From an uncultured Verrucomicrobiae bacterium (GTDB lineage: Bacteria > Verrucomicrobiota > Verrucomicrobiia > Chthoniobacterales > UBA10450): DNA of 64,000 bases. Position 1 is the first letter of the stretch; the number at the start of each line of letters is the position of its first letter. Under the pieces are notes generated by a model that ran no database searches, was not told the origin of the DNA, and saw only the letters and a program-made list of their open reading frames with translations. The translations under genes were made by a program, and so were the position numbers. Positions 10,394 through 20,772 of this stretch are shown here, piece by piece. The stretch spans positions 160,001 through 224,000 of the forward strand of contig CAWDGJ010000001.1 in the NCBI GenBank assembly GCA_963801815.1. The letters are read 5' to 3'.

Positions 10394-10879
10394 TCACTCT
10401 TCTCCGTCGAAGTAATCGGCGTCCGCTCCTTTCACGATTACTTCCTCGCCGTTTTCTTTCCAAACGGCGAACTTGCCACTGTCCGGATAAAAGCAGGAAT
10501 CCCCGCGCGGATTATCCGCGAGCACGTAGTAAACGAAATCGTCCTCGCCCGCATTGGCGAGCTGATGTGCCTCGCCTGGGCCAAAGAAAAACGCGTCACC
10601 CGCGCCAACTTCGGTCCAGCCGTCTTTGTCGCGAATCTTTCCCCGCCCAGAGACGACAAGATACATCTCTGATTCGCTCGAGTGCGAATGATACGGGCAA
10701 AGCGATTTCCCCTTTGGAATGCTGACCAGCGCGAGATCGAACGGCCATCGCTTTGCTAAGTCGAGCGACTCCGGATCACGCCCGAGTGCAACGGAAATGT
10801 TTTTTGAGCGCCGCCCAAACTTTCCATTCGCGGACTGCCGCTCCTGCCATTCAACGTCTTTGATATTCACTTTGCGCAT
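10394..10879 (-). CDS. Cupin domain protein (paralogue B)
   Basis: PYHSHSSESEMYLVVSG, EAHQL and FYPDSGK; ends ADYFDGEE and is clearly similar to 9827-10315. Confidence 0.85.
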   Translation of the reverse strand: MRKVNIKDVEWQERQSANGKFGRRSKNISVALGRDPESLDLAKRWPFDLALVSIPKGKSLCPYHSHSSESEMYLVVSGRGKIRDKDGWTEVGAGDAFFFGPGEAHQLANAGEDDFVYYVLADNPRGDSCFYPDSGKFAVWKENGEEVIVKGADADYFDGEE

Positions 10880-10883
10880 AAGA

Positions 10884-11591
10884 TTAGGTCTTTTCACGCG
10901 ACGAATTGTGTTTTAGTGCCATGTACACCAGTGCGGAGACACAGACGATCAGGAGGAATAATACTGAATCTCTAAAAATTCGGAGAGACAAAATATGCCC
11001 TTCCACCGCATAGTCATAATCGCCGACGATTTGTAACCGGGGATTGGCTTTCGCAAGGACGTTATCAGGTCGGAGAATGTCGAACAAAACGTAAGTGTCC
11101 TCCCATGGATATCGCCGGACCCCGCAAAGACCGAATTCGGTGCCTGATGAATTTCCCGATTCCCAAATACGAGCGTCGGCTGACAGGGGCACGTCGGTTG
11201 TAAAGTACCAGTTCCGGATCAGCCGATTCGTATGAAACCCCTCGACGTTCTTTCCGGACGCTGTTGGTTCGCAGGTAACGGCGTACGCATCCATTTTAAC
11301 CTGCAACGCCATAGATCCTTTCTGATACGACTCCCATGGAATGCTTGAGATCTTATCAACCACAAGCGAGACGCGACACTCCCCTTCGTAACTCCAATCG
11401 TCCCCAGGAATTTTCCAAGTCACGAGGCCCGGCTGAGCAAGATCGACCGACTTCGTGAGGCGATGATGACTAGTTCGGATTTGCTTCTCTAGTTCCGGGA
11501 ACCATAGACTTCTGCTAACCAGCAGATAAGCGATAACACACGTCGTACAGATTACGACGGCGATTATCCTGAGGATCCTTACAACTCCCAT
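10884..11591 (-). CDS. Hypothetical membrane protein (N- and C-terminal TM helices)
   Basis: Long ORF whose ATG at 11591 overlaps the end of the LigD polymerase gene; no recognisable motif. Confidence 0.55.
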   Translation of the reverse strand: MGVVRILRIIAVVICTTCVIAYLLVSRSLWFPELEKQIRTSHHRLTKSVDLAQPGLVTWKIPGDDWSYEGECRVSLVVDKISSIPWESYQKGSMALQVKMDAYAVTCEPTASGKNVEGFHTNRLIRNWYFTTDVPLSADARIWESGNSSGTEFGLCGVRRYPWEDTYVLFDILRPDNVLAKANPRLQIVGDYDYAVEGHILSLRIFRDSVLFLLIVCVSALVYMALKHNSSREKT

Positions 11592-12496
11592 TTCTTGGGC
11601 AGTCTTTGTTTGAGCTTTTCGACCGGGGCAAAGAGGTCGCCCATTTTCTTGACGCGCTCTAGAGTTTTGTCGCAACGAAATTTCAAGAGAGCCGTGTTTT
11701 TCTTTTTCAGGCAGTTAGCGACTTCGTCCCAGGTGACAGGCGTCGACACCGTCGGTTCTTCCCTGGCGCGCAGCGAATAAACGCAAATGGTTGTTTTGTG
11801 CTCGTCGTTCTGGCTCCAATCGACAAACACTTTCCCTTTCCGCATCGCTTTAGACATGTTCGATGTCACGAGATCGCGATGTTCGTGCTCGAGATATTGC
11901 GCCAGCGCGCGAGATAAGTCCTTGGTTTGATCGAACGTGATTGGCGTATTGAGCGGCACGTAAATCTGCAATCCCTTCGAGCCGCTCGTCTTCGCAAACG
12001 ACTTTAATTTCATTTTGCCTAACAAATCGCGCAACCAAAGACCGACCTGGCAGCATTGGACGATGTCGGCCGGCGCGCCGGGGTCGAGGTCGAACACCAT
12101 CATCGTCGGCCGCGCGACAGTGCTTTTCTTCGCGAGAGATGTGTGCAATTCGAGATCGGCGAGGTTTGCCGCCCAGACCAGCGTCGGTAGATCCTGCGCG
12201 AGGCAATAATCCATCATCCGATTATTGCCTTCGCTCCAGACTTTCGCTGTCTTCACCCATTTCGGTCGGTGCGTCGGACAATTTTTTTCGTAAAAGAATT
12301 CCTTGTCCACGCCGTTCGGATAACGCTTCATCGTCAGCGGCCGGTCTCTCAGATGCGGCAAAAGCACCGGCGCGATCTTGATGTAGTAATCGATCACCTG
12401 GCCTTTGGTGAACCCGACTTTCGGATAAAGCACCTTGTCCAGGTTCGAGACGGACAGCTTTTTCCCTTTAACGACGAGCTCTGCTTTTTCAGGCAT
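11579..12496 (-). CDS. Stand-alone LigD polymerase (AEP primase-polymerase) domain protein
   Basis: SNLDKVLYP, RYPNG..FYEK, MVFDLDP, KTSGSKGLQ, KVFVDWSQN and YSLRAR. Confidence 0.9.
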   Translation of the reverse strand: MPEKAELVVKGKKLSVSNLDKVLYPKVGFTKGQVIDYYIKIAPVLLPHLRDRPLTMKRYPNGVDKEFFYEKNCPTHRPKWVKTAKVWSEGNNRMMDYCLAQDLPTLVWAANLADLELHTSLAKKSTVARPTMMVFDLDPGAPADIVQCCQVGLWLRDLLGKMKLKSFAKTSGSKGLQIYVPLNTPITFDQTKDLSRALAQYLEHEHRDLVTSNMSKAMRKGKVFVDWSQNDEHKTTICVYSLRAREEPTVSTPVTWDEVANCLKKKNTALLKFRCDKTLERVKKMGDLFAPVEKLKQRLPKKWEL

Positions 12497-12506
12497 TTTC
12501 CTAGCA

Positions 12507-12532
12507 CTGTAGCGGCGGTCTATGACCGTCGC
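12507..12532 (+). repeat. GTAG-family REP, left flank of the RAYT
   Basis: CTGTAGCGGCGGTCTATGACCGTCGC, the exact reverse complement of 13044-13069. Confidence 0.9.
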
Positions 12533-12541
12533 ACTATTTCC

Positions 12542-13015
12542 TCAAACTCGATCATCTCTAAACTCGAGGTTAAACACCTCGCCGGCGAACGGCCACTTAT
12601 TCCAATCATCCGCGAGACCTGCGCGAACTGGATTCTCACGAACATAATTCCACTTTTCACTGTAAGAGTCTTCCCTTCGCAGGACATGATCAAAGAAACC
12701 TTTTTGCCAATGTGGCGACGGAACTGCATTAAGCCGGAGAGTGCTCGACAGTGCGTTTTTTAGCGACTTGACCCAATTCGATAGTTCCATTCGCTCGTCG
12801 TCCACGGCGACAAACGCGTGGAGATGATCTGGCATGATGACGTAGGCGCCGAGCCAAGCGCCACGAGACTCGCCTTCTTCTCCGAAGCCGACTAATCGTG
12901 AATGAACATTGTCGTTATTTAAGATTCGTCGTCGTTCATTCGTGCAGGCCGTCACGAAGTAAATTGGAAACCGCTGAAATGTTTCGTCGAGTCTTCGGAG
13001 ACGTTCGGACGCTTA
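12542..13015 (-). mobile_element. REP-associated tyrosine transposase (RAYT, Y1/HUH); 5' end apparently frameshifted
   Basis: IYFVTACT, YVIMPDHLH (HUH), WQKGFFDHVLR and YVRENPVRAGL...WPF. The upstream in-frame ERLRRLDETFQRFP is preceded by TAA, with VKRP in an adjacent frame. Confidence 0.88.
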
Positions 13016-13043
13016 ACGTTAACTACGTGTACGGACAATTCGA

Positions 13044-13069
13044 GCGACGGTCATAGACCGCCGCTACAG
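13044..13069 (-). repeat. GTAG-family REP, right flank of the RAYT
   Basis: GCGACGGTCATAGACCGCCGCTACAG. Confidence 0.9.
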
Positions 13070-13078
13070 AAGAAATTT

Positions 13079-14275
13079 TCATGCAAAGAAGCGTTCCGGC
13101 GAGAGCATCGGCTGCGGTTTGCAGATACGGGCGACGCAATGTTCCCAACTTTCGTGCCCGCTGAGGATCTCAATCTCCACGCGCATGAAATAAATCGGCA
13201 CTTTTATTTCCGTTTCCTGTAATCGCGGCATCCGCACCGCGTCCTTTTCCGTGGTGACGATCATTGATAAGTCGCGCCGGATGCAGCGGTTAATGAAACC
13301 GCGAATTTCGCCTTCGGTGAAGTAATGGTGATCGATGTAGCGCAGCCCGAGATTGACGTTCGCGCCGAGTTTTTTCAGGGCCCCTTCGAAACTTTCCGGC
13401 ACCGCGATTGCGCAGATTGAGCCGATAAATGCGCCGCGGAGACGGTCGAGCATGAGTCGGTCGCCGGTGTAAATATTTTGAAGATAGAGCGGGCGATGCG
13501 CGCACTCGATGATTTCCGCGGTCCGATTGTAACGGCGAATGCGCTCAATCAATTCTTCGTTCGGCTCGCCGGTATTCTTGGTGATGAAGATGTAACTCGC
13601 GCGCCGCAAGTTTCGCGGCGGCTCCCGCAGCGTGCCACGCGGCAGCAGAAACTCGTTGCCGAACGGTTGTTGCCGATCCACCAACACGATATCGAGCCGG
13701 TGTTTGAGATGAAGATATTGCAGGCCGTCGTCGAGCAGGAGCGTGTCCACCTTCCATTTATCGATCGCGTAGCGGCCGCTTTTGACGCGGTCTTTGTCGA
13801 CCAAAACGATGACATCCTTCAAATTGTGCGCGAGCATGTAGGGTTCGTCGCCTGCCGTCAGCGAATCGAGCAACAACGATTTCCCATCGGAAACAATTCG
13901 TGGAGGATCAATATTTCCGCCGAAAATTCGCTCGAACCAATTTCGTTTGGTCGGCTTGGGCACGCTTTTGTAACCACGGCTGAGAATCGCGATCCGGCGT
14001 CCGCCGACTTGCAACGCCCGGGCGAACTTTTCCACGACCGGAGTTTTGCCGGTGCCGCCGACTGTTAAATTTCCAATGCTGATCACGAGGCAGCCGAGCG
14101 TGCGCTCACGCAAAATGCGCTTGCGGTAAAGATAAAGCCGGAACTGGACGATCCGCTCGTAGATGAACGAGAGCCCGTAGAGAATCCCGCGCAAAATTGC
14201 CGCGCGAAATCCGCGACGCCGGCCAAGGACCACGTCGATCCCGAACTCCTCGAGGTTTTCTAGCCTGCGGCCCAC
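13079..14275 (-). CDS. lpxK: Tetraacyldisaccharide 4'-kinase
   Basis: [39 protein letters not shown] and TTEKDAVR. Confidence 0.93.
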   Translation of the reverse strand: MGRRLENLEEFGIDVVLGRRRGFRAAILRGILYGLSFIYERIVQFRLYLYRKRILRERTLGCLVISIGNLTVGGTGKTPVVEKFARALQVGGRRIAILSRGYKSVPKPTKRNWFERIFGGNIDPPRIVSDGKSLLLDSLTAGDEPYMLAHNLKDVIVLVDKDRVKSGRYAIDKWKVDTLLLDDGLQYLHLKHRLDIVLVDRQQPFGNEFLLPRGTLREPPRNLRRASYIFITKNTGEPNEELIERIRRYNRTAEIIECAHRPLYLQNIYTGDRLMLDRLRGAFIGSICAIAVPESFEGALKKLGANVNLGLRYIDHHYFTEGEIRGFINRCIRRDLSMIVTTEKDAVRMPRLQETEIKVPIYFMRVEIEILSGHESWEHCVARICKPQPMLSPERFFA

Positions 14276-14279
14276 TGAA

Positions 14280-15140
14280 TTAGTTGATGGTTGATAGTTG
14301 AGAGTTGAAAGCGACGCCGCGATTGTCAGCCGTGGTGATTATAATTTGCGAGCGCGTTTTTGCGGCGCGCTTCATGGCGGAACCAACTTTTTGCGCGTTG
14401 CGCAAGCAGACGCCGCAGATTGTCGAGCCACTGCCGCTCAAAAACGCACCAAGCGCGCCGGCTTCTTCAGCGGCGGCGATAACGCGTGGCAGAAATGGAA
14501 TTAGTTTCGCGCGAAACGGTTGATGAATGTGGTCCACGAACGCGCCCCTCAGGTTTTCGTAATTGCGCGACGCAAACGCAGCGGTGATTGCGCAGGCGTT
14601 ACCGGCGCTCTCGACCGCGGCCGTCCGGGAGATTCTCGCCGGCAGAATTTTTCGCGCAGCCGCTGTTCGGATTTCAAAATCGGGAATCAAGAGAACGAAC
14701 TGTAGTCGCTGAGAAACTTCAGAGCGCTGAACATTTTCACCGCGCGCGACGGTGAATCCGCCGAACGACGCTGGTGCGGCGTTATCCGGATGGCCCTCAA
14801 GCTCGGCGCACAATTGGAAGATCGACAATCGATCAAGTGACCGGCCGGCGAGATCGTTTAATCCATGCAACACAGCGAGACGAATGGTGGCGCTGCTCCC
14901 CAAACCGCGCGAGCACGGAATTTTTTCGTGCGCTGAGCAGGAGAACGCGAAATGGGGACGTTTCGTTCGCTTAAAAAACAGATCCGCCGCCTCCGCAACG
15001 ATCTTCTCCTGGGGTTGCCGATTGTTTGCGCGACTGATGGTGAAAGAGTTGTAAATGCGCAGCGCGACGCCGAGGCAATCGAATCCCGGACCGAGGTTCG
15101 AAGTGCTTGCCGGAACGCACACGGTTACTTGTTGCCTCAT
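14280..15140 (-). CDS. thrB: Homoserine kinase
   Basis: VPASTSNLGPGFDCLG, IPCSRGLGSS, EGHPDN and LSGSGST. Confidence 0.92.
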   Translation of the reverse strand: MRQQVTVCVPASTSNLGPGFDCLGVALRIYNSFTISRANNRQPQEKIVAEAADLFFKRTKRPHFAFSCSAHEKIPCSRGLGSSATIRLAVLHGLNDLAGRSLDRLSIFQLCAELEGHPDNAAPASFGGFTVARGENVQRSEVSQRLQFVLLIPDFEIRTAAARKILPARISRTAAVESAGNACAITAAFASRNYENLRGAFVDHIHQPFRAKLIPFLPRVIAAAEEAGALGAFLSGSGSTICGVCLRNAQKVGSAMKRAAKTRSQIIITTADNRGVAFNSQLSTIN

Positions 15141-15151
15141 CGCGAATGTAA

Positions 15152-15208
15152 AGGTAAGGGCGATTGACCCCAATCGCCCGTAGGCGATTCGGTGAACCGC
15201 CCCTACCT
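15152..15208. repeat. GTAG-type REP doublet
   Basis: AGGTAAGGGCGATTGACCCCAATCGCCC ... GGCGATTCGGTGAACCGCCCCTACCT; related to 40093-40169 and 43538-43590. Confidence 0.75.
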
Positions 15209-15226
15209 ATTCGACAAAACGAAAGA

Positions 15227-16141
15227 ATGAACAAGAACGAATGGATCGGCAGCGAATTGCTTCGTCAATTCGAAGCCGAAGGAACTACCGCGCACCGGCT
15301 TTGTACCACCGACGACGGTTGGGCAGAGCGTTTTGGTTCTGACGTTCTGATTTCGTTTCGAACTGAACAGGCGCGCGATCGATTGGCTTCGGAAGTTGGC
15401 GAATCAACGAAGTCGCTCGGGCTGTTGATCGCGCGTCTGTTCGGCCGGTTTTTGCCAAAGAAAAACGAGGACCGCGAGACACCCAAACTACTTTCGGGAA
15501 AAGAAAGTGAGAATTTGCGCACGGTCGCGACTGAAAATCATCTCAGGTTCGGAATCGACTTCGGTGCGGGTTACTCAGTCGGATTGTTTGTCGATCAACG
15601 TGAGAACCGTCGGTTTGTCCGGCAGGCAAGGCCAAAGCGGGTTCTCAATTGCTTCGCTTACACATGCTCGTTCTCCGTCGCAGCCGCGTCTGCCGGCGCT
15701 CAAACCGTGAGCGTCGATATTTCGAAGAAATCCCTCACTCGCGGCCGCGAAAATTTTGAGCTCAATGACTTATCGACCGAAGGACATGGCTTTATCACCG
15801 ACGACGTGCGCCCGGTCTTGCGACGAATGGCGCGCCGTAGTGAAAAATTCGACATGATCATCTTGGATCCCCCGACTTTTTCGCGAACCAAAGGCGGCCC
15901 TGCGTTCCATGTCGAAAAAGACTTCGAAGAGCTGATCGCGGCAGCTCTGGAAGTGACCGGGCGCAATGCGGAAGTGTTGCTTTCGACCAATTGTGAGACG
16001 CTAAATGAACAGGCGCTGGAGAGAATGGCGCGTTATTGCCTGAAACTCTCCAGGCGCACTGGGGCCCTGCATCGACAACCTGCCCCCTTGGACTTTCCGC
16101 CGGGAACCGCCGCGCGTTCGATTTGGTTGAGTTTGCGTTGA
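15227..16141 (+). CDS. Class I SAM-dependent RNA methyltransferase (RlmI/RlmK-like)
   Basis: GLFVDQRENR, VLNCFAYTCSFS, VDISKK and FDMIILDPPTF. Confidence 0.85.
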   Translation: MNKNEWIGSELLRQFEAEGTTAHRLCTTDDGWAERFGSDVLISFRTEQARDRLASEVGESTKSLGLLIARLFGRFLPKKNEDRETPKLLSGKESENLRTVATENHLRFGIDFGAGYSVGLFVDQRENRRFVRQARPKRVLNCFAYTCSFSVAAASAGAQTVSVDISKKSLTRGRENFELNDLSTEGHGFITDDVRPVLRRMARRSEKFDMIILDPPTFSRTKGGPAFHVEKDFEELIAAALEVTGRNAEVLLSTNCETLNEQALERMARYCLKLSRRTGALHRQPAPLDFPPGTAARSIWLSLR

Positions 16142-16170
16142 CCAAATCGCAGGCGCGGCCAAGTTAACCA

Positions 16171-16449
16171 ATGGACGAAGGAAAACACGACGATTTAGCA
16201 GAACGCGGGTTGCGTTATACGCGCGAGCATTTCGATGACCTTCTTGCGCAAACGGAAACGTATGTTCGCGAAAATCCGGTACAGTCGCTCGCTTATGCAG
16301 TGCTGGCTGGGTTCGTTTTGAACCGGTTAGGCATCGGACGAATCATCAGGGGCATCGTGCGACTCGCGTTGTTAGCGCTCAAACCGGCAATCCTGATCTA
16401 CGGCGCGGCCAAGCTCTACGAAGCATCCCAGGAAGACGAGAAATTGTAG
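16171..16449 (+). CDS. Small hypothetical membrane protein (DUF883/ElaB-like pattern)
   Basis: YVRENPVQSL..A..AGF pattern. Confidence 0.55.
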   Translation: MDEGKHDDLAERGLRYTREHFDDLLAQTETYVRENPVQSLAYAVLAGFVLNRLGIGRIIRGIVRLALLALKPAILIYGAAKLYEASQEDEKL

Positions 16450-16498
16450 CGGCGGCCCTATGGGCCGCATCCTTGGCGTCGCACAGCGACGCCGCTAC
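16445..16498. repeat. GTAG-type REP doublet between convergent genes
   Basis: TGTAGCGGCGGCCCTATGGGCCGC ... GGCGTCGCACAGCGACGCCGCTAC; the left arm starts like the RAYT-flanking REP. Confidence 0.8.
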
Positions 16499-16501
16499 CA
16501 A

Positions 16502-16711
16502 TTATCCCTCTAAGGTGAAGCCAACCTTCAGCGTTACCTGCCAGTGCGCGATCTTTCCCTCTTCCAGGTAACCACGGGTATCGATGACTTCGAACCAACG
16601 CATGTTGCGAACGGTCTTCTTTGCCCGCGCAATCGCGTTTTTCACTGCGTCTTCGACTCCCTTCGGCGACGAACCAACCAACTCGATTCTCTTGTAAATA
16701 TGATCAGCCAT
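16502..16711 (-). CDS. Dodecin (flavin-binding protein)
   Basis: [12 protein letters not shown]....DA..NAI, WFEV and WQVTLKVGF. Confidence 0.9.
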   Translation of the reverse strand: MADHIYKRIELVGSSPKGVEDAVKNAIARAKKTVRNMRWFEVIDTRGYLEEGKIAHWQVTLKVGFTLEG

Positions 16712-16753
16712 ATCTTCAGTTTTGAGTCGTCCGGGCGACAAGACAAATGAAAA

Positions 16754-16821
16754 TCACCACGAAAGTGGCGAAGGAATTCGGTTCGGTTCTAACTTCGTGG
16801 TCTTCGCTATCTTCGTGGTGA
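16754..16821. repeat. Inverted 9-mer-unit element (CACGAA/TTCGTG)
   Basis: TCACCACGAAAGTGGCGAAG ... CTTCGTGGTCTTCGCTATCTTCGTGGTGA. Confidence 0.55.
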
Positions 16822-16876
16822 CAAGTTTAAGTTGAGCACGCACTGTGGGTGGTTAGCGTCATTTCCCGAACTTCGA

Positions 16877-18859
16877 ATGAAGATCGACAATACTGCCAGT
16901 CCGGCTCGGACAAACATCGAGTCACACTTGAAGGAGAAGCGCGTCTTCAGACCTTCGAAGGAATTTTCGCGGACAGCGCGAATCAAGAACCTTGCCCAAT
17001 ACCGGCGGATGTATCTGGAGTCGATCAAGCGGCCCGACAAATTCTGGACGCGCGAGGCGAACGAATTGGTCTGGCAAAAGCGATGGCGAAAAGTCCTCGA
17101 ATGGAAACCACCGTTCGCGAAATGGTTCATAGGCGGCCAACTCAATCTTTCCGAGAATTGCCTCGATCGGCACCTCCCAACAAGCCGCCGGAACAAGGCC
17201 GCGATTCTGTGGGAAGGCGAGCCGGGTGAGCGGCGCACGCTCACGTATCAACAATTGCATCGCGAAGTTTGCCGGTTCGCCAACGTGCTCAAACGAAACA
17301 AGATCGGTAAAGGCGATCGCGTCATCATTTACATGCCGACCACGCCTGAAGTCGCGATCGCGATGCTGGCGTGCGCGCGAATCGGAGCGGTGCACTCTGT
17401 TGTTTTTGGCGGTTTTAGCGCGGACAGCATTCGCGATCGGATTGCGGACAGCGGCGCGATTGCGCTCATCACCGCGGACGGCAGTTATCGCCGCGGCGGT
17501 ATCGTTCCCTTGAAGAGAAATGTCGATGACGCGCTTCGCGGTCCCGCCGGGGCGGGATCAGTTCGACGGGTAATTGTTTTTCAGCGCGCCCACAATGAGA
17601 TCCACATGGAAGAAGGCCGCGATGTCTGGTGGCATCGCGAATTGGAATACGTAGACGACATTTGCCCCCCGACGCCGGTCGACAGCGAACATCCGCTTTA
17701 CATTCTTTACACCAGTGGTTCGACCGGAAAACCGAAAGGTATTCTGCACACGACCGGCGGTTATTTGGTCGGCATTTATTCGACGACCAAATACGTTTTC
17801 GACCTCCGTGAGGAAGACATTTACTGGTGCACCGCCGACGTCGGCTGGGTCACCGGGCACAGCTACGTCGTTTATGGTCCGCTCGCCAATGGCGCGACCA
17901 CGTTCATGTATGAAGGCGCGCCGAACTGGCCGGAGCCTGATCGCTTCTGGCGAATCATTTCACAAAACAAGATCAATATTCTCTACACCGCGCCGACGGC
18001 GATCCGCGCTTTCATTCGCTGGGGCGATCAATGGGTGAAGAAACACGATTTATCGTCGTTGCGATTGCTCGGAACCGTCGGCGAGCCGATTAATCCTGAA
18101 GCATGGATATGGTACCACAAAATAATTGGCGGCGGACGTTGTCCCGTGGTGGACACCTGGTGGCAAACTGAAACAGGCGCGATCATGATCACTCCATTGC
18201 CCGGTGCGATTCCAACGAAACCGGGAAGCGCGACCCTTCCTTTTTTTGGTGTCGATCCGGCGATTGTCGATTCAAATGGAGAAGAAGTGGGCGCGAATGT
18301 TGGCGGGAAACTAATTGTTCGCCGGCCGTGGCCGTCGATGTTGCGCACGATTTACGGCGACAAGGAGCGCTACAAGAAACAGTATTGGAGTGAATATCCC
18401 GGTAAATATTTGACCGGTGACGGCGCGCGGCGCGATGAGGACGGATATTTTTGGATCGTCGGCCGCATTGACGACGTCCTGAACGTTGCCGGGCATCGGC
18501 TCGGCACCTCTGAGATCGAAAGTGCGCTGGTAAGCCACGCGCGAGTCGCGGAAGCGGCGGTGGTGGGGCGGCCGGACGAATTGAAGGGACAAGGTGTAGT
18601 CGCGTTCGTAACTTTGAAGGCTGGAATTGATCCCTCTAATGACTTGAAGAGTGAATTGCGCGAGCATGTCAGCATTCACATCGGTGCGATTGCCAAACCG
18701 GATGAAGTCCGGTTTGCGGAAGCGCTGCCAAAGACGCGCAGCGGAAAAATCATGCGGCGGCTTCTGAAAGAAATCGCAACAGGCGCGAAAGTCACCGGCG
18801 ACACCACCACGCTGGAAGATTTCAGTGTCCTGGCAAAGCTGGCCGAATCGGAGGAATAA
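16877..18859 (+). CDS. acs: Acetyl-CoA synthetase
   Basis: [25 protein letters not shown] and [12 protein letters not shown]. Confidence 0.95.
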   Translation: MKIDNTASPARTNIESHLKEKRVFRPSKEFSRTARIKNLAQYRRMYLESIKRPDKFWTREANELVWQKRWRKVLEWKPPFAKWFIGGQLNLSENCLDRHLPTSRRNKAAILWEGEPGERRTLTYQQLHREVCRFANVLKRNKIGKGDRVIIYMPTTPEVAIAMLACARIGAVHSVVFGGFSADSIRDRIADSGAIALITADGSYRRGGIVPLKRNVDDALRGPAGAGSVRRVIVFQRAHNEIHMEEGRDVWWHRELEYVDDICPPTPVDSEHPLYILYTSGSTGKPKGILHTTGGYLVGIYSTTKYVFDLREEDIYWCTADVGWVTGHSYVVYGPLANGATTFMYEGAPNWPEPDRFWRIISQNKINILYTAPTAIRAFIRWGDQWVKKHDLSSLRLLGTVGEPINPEAWIWYHKIIGGGRCPVVDTWWQTETGAIMITPLPGAIPTKPGSATLPFFGVDPAIVDSNGEEVGANVGGKLIVRRPWPSMLRTIYGDKERYKKQYWSEYPGKYLTGDGARRDEDGYFWIVGRIDDVLNVAGHRLGTSEIESALVSHARVAEAAVVGRPDELKGQGVVAFVTLKAGIDPSNDLKSELREHVSIHIGAIAKPDEVRFAEALPKTRSGKIMRRLLKEIATGAKVTGDTTTLEDFSVLAKLAESEE

Positions 18860-18861
18860 TC

Positions 18862-20737
18862 TTGAGCTTCATTCGCACAGGTCTGCGTGAGATCGGACTA
18901 AAAATTCGCCGGCAGCGAACACGAATGATTTTGCGGCATGAGAAACGCGTGCTGCAGAAAAGCGAAATCGCGCTCGGTCGTGAAGGCACGTCACAGGCCG
19001 CAAATTTCCCCGAGCTGCGCAACGAGATTGTTGCGCTCAAAAAGCTCGAGCAGGAACAGAAGGAAGTCGCGCTTCGGATCGCGCAAATCGAAGAGGGGAT
19101 CAAGAAGATCGAGGGGCAGCGCGATGCGAACGTCAAAGAGCAAAGCGAGGCGATGGCAAAGTTGGAGACGGAGAAAAAGCCGGTCCTTCAACGGCGTAAC
19201 GATGCGAAGACCGCGGCCGAACTTTGCGAGCGCGAAGTGAATGCGGTCGAGCGCCGGATTCAGGAGAACGATGCGGCCGACCAGGAGCTGTTGAAAAAAT
19301 TGTCTGAACTGCAGGCGGCGAACCCGCCAGCGGCCGACCTCGAAACCCAAGTGGCTGGCATCGGCGCGCGGCGGGCGCGTTTGCCCGACGAACGCGCCGA
19401 ATTGGTCCGCGCCCGAATGGGAAGTACTGACGCGTCACGACTGGCGAAAGAAAAACTCGCTTCCGCAGAGGAAGAACTCGCCGCAATCGAAAAAAATACC
19501 GCAAAGGTCCGTGGCGAATACGAAGCGCGCGACAAAGGATTCGCCGACAGCATTAAGTCGCAACAGGAAGCCGTTCGCGAGGCGAAGCAACATCATCAAG
19601 TTGTCGAAGAACGGAAGAATCCCGCGTACTTAAACATTGGCCGCCATCTCGCGTCTCAGGGAATCGCGCCGCCAAACGCGCCGCATTTGCTTGAGCACGT
19701 GAGAAAGCATCGGTACGTCGGTCGAGGAATATTTAAAACACACTGCCGAGTTGGCGCTGCTTTCTAGCAAGATCGACAAACAGGAGCTGCGCCAATTTTA
19801 TTTCAGCGTAGTTTCGGGCATCGCCCTGCTGGCGATCATTCTGCCGTTGGTCGCAAAATCGCCGCGCAAGCGCGAATGGTTGCCGCAACAAACCGAAGCG
19901 ATCCTGTCGATCAACACGGACCAGTTTAGTAAGAGCGACTTGCTCAAGCGCTGGCAAAAGGAGCAACCCGATGCCTACCAGGCAGTTTGGAACGGATTGA
20001 TCGGCCCGGCCGCCCGCGCGCCAGTTTTGAATTTACCGCGAGACGCGGTTCAGATCACGCGGGCAACGACGATTTCCGACAACGGTAGTACCCGTGAATT
20101 CATTTTGATCGAGACGCGCGCCGATCTTTCGAGCGTCGTTCGAGTAGTCCAGACCGACAAAGACTTTCAGCGGCGGACGATTAGCGGACTGCATGTATGG
20201 GAGAAACCGGATTTGGCGCTGGCGCGCGTCGGATCGCAGACGCTTGCCATCGGAACTTCCAGCGAAGTGGATGAGCTTGTTCGCGTCCGACTTGGGATCG
20301 ATCTCGACCTGAAGATCACCGGCCAGTTGTTTGATCGATTCGAAGCATTGGACAGCGAGAGCGCGGTCCGGCTGATTTCCCGGGATCCGCTCGATTTGCC
20401 GCGCATGTTTCATTCGGTTTTCGTGCCTGAACTGCTGGACAGCACGCAACTGCTCGGACTTGCTTTAACTTTCCAAAATCCTGTGAAAGCGCGGTTGCTC
20501 TTGAAAATGAAAACGCCGGAGAATGCCTCCGAGTTTGCGCGTGATTTGCATAACGAGCCGCAAAAATGGCTGCGGCTCCAGGATTCAAATTTGATGCTCT
20601 ATGCGCAGCCGCCCGATGTCTCGCGTCAGGCCGTGAACCTTGAGGTTCATTTCATCGTGCCCGACGAAACCGCGCGCCTCCTCTTGCAACGAATCGCGAA
20701 AACGGACCCAGCCGGCGCGGTTGCAGGCGGCAATTGA
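18862..20737 (+). CDS. Hypothetical protein: long coiled coil + TM + extracytoplasmic domain (frameshift near 19714)
   Basis: ORFs 18862-19767 and 19751-20737 join if one base is removed near 19714 (HR-TSVEEYLKHTAELALLSS). Confidence 0.65.
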
Positions 20738-20772
20738 TCAGCCCAGCGGTTTGAGCTTATAATTGCCGCCCA

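Noticed and set aside
11579..12496. Complete NHEJ operon, or a LigD-RAYT functional system
   Set aside because: No Ku, ligase or phosphoesterase domain is in the window; the RAYT adjacency is most simply an insertion into the intergenic space.
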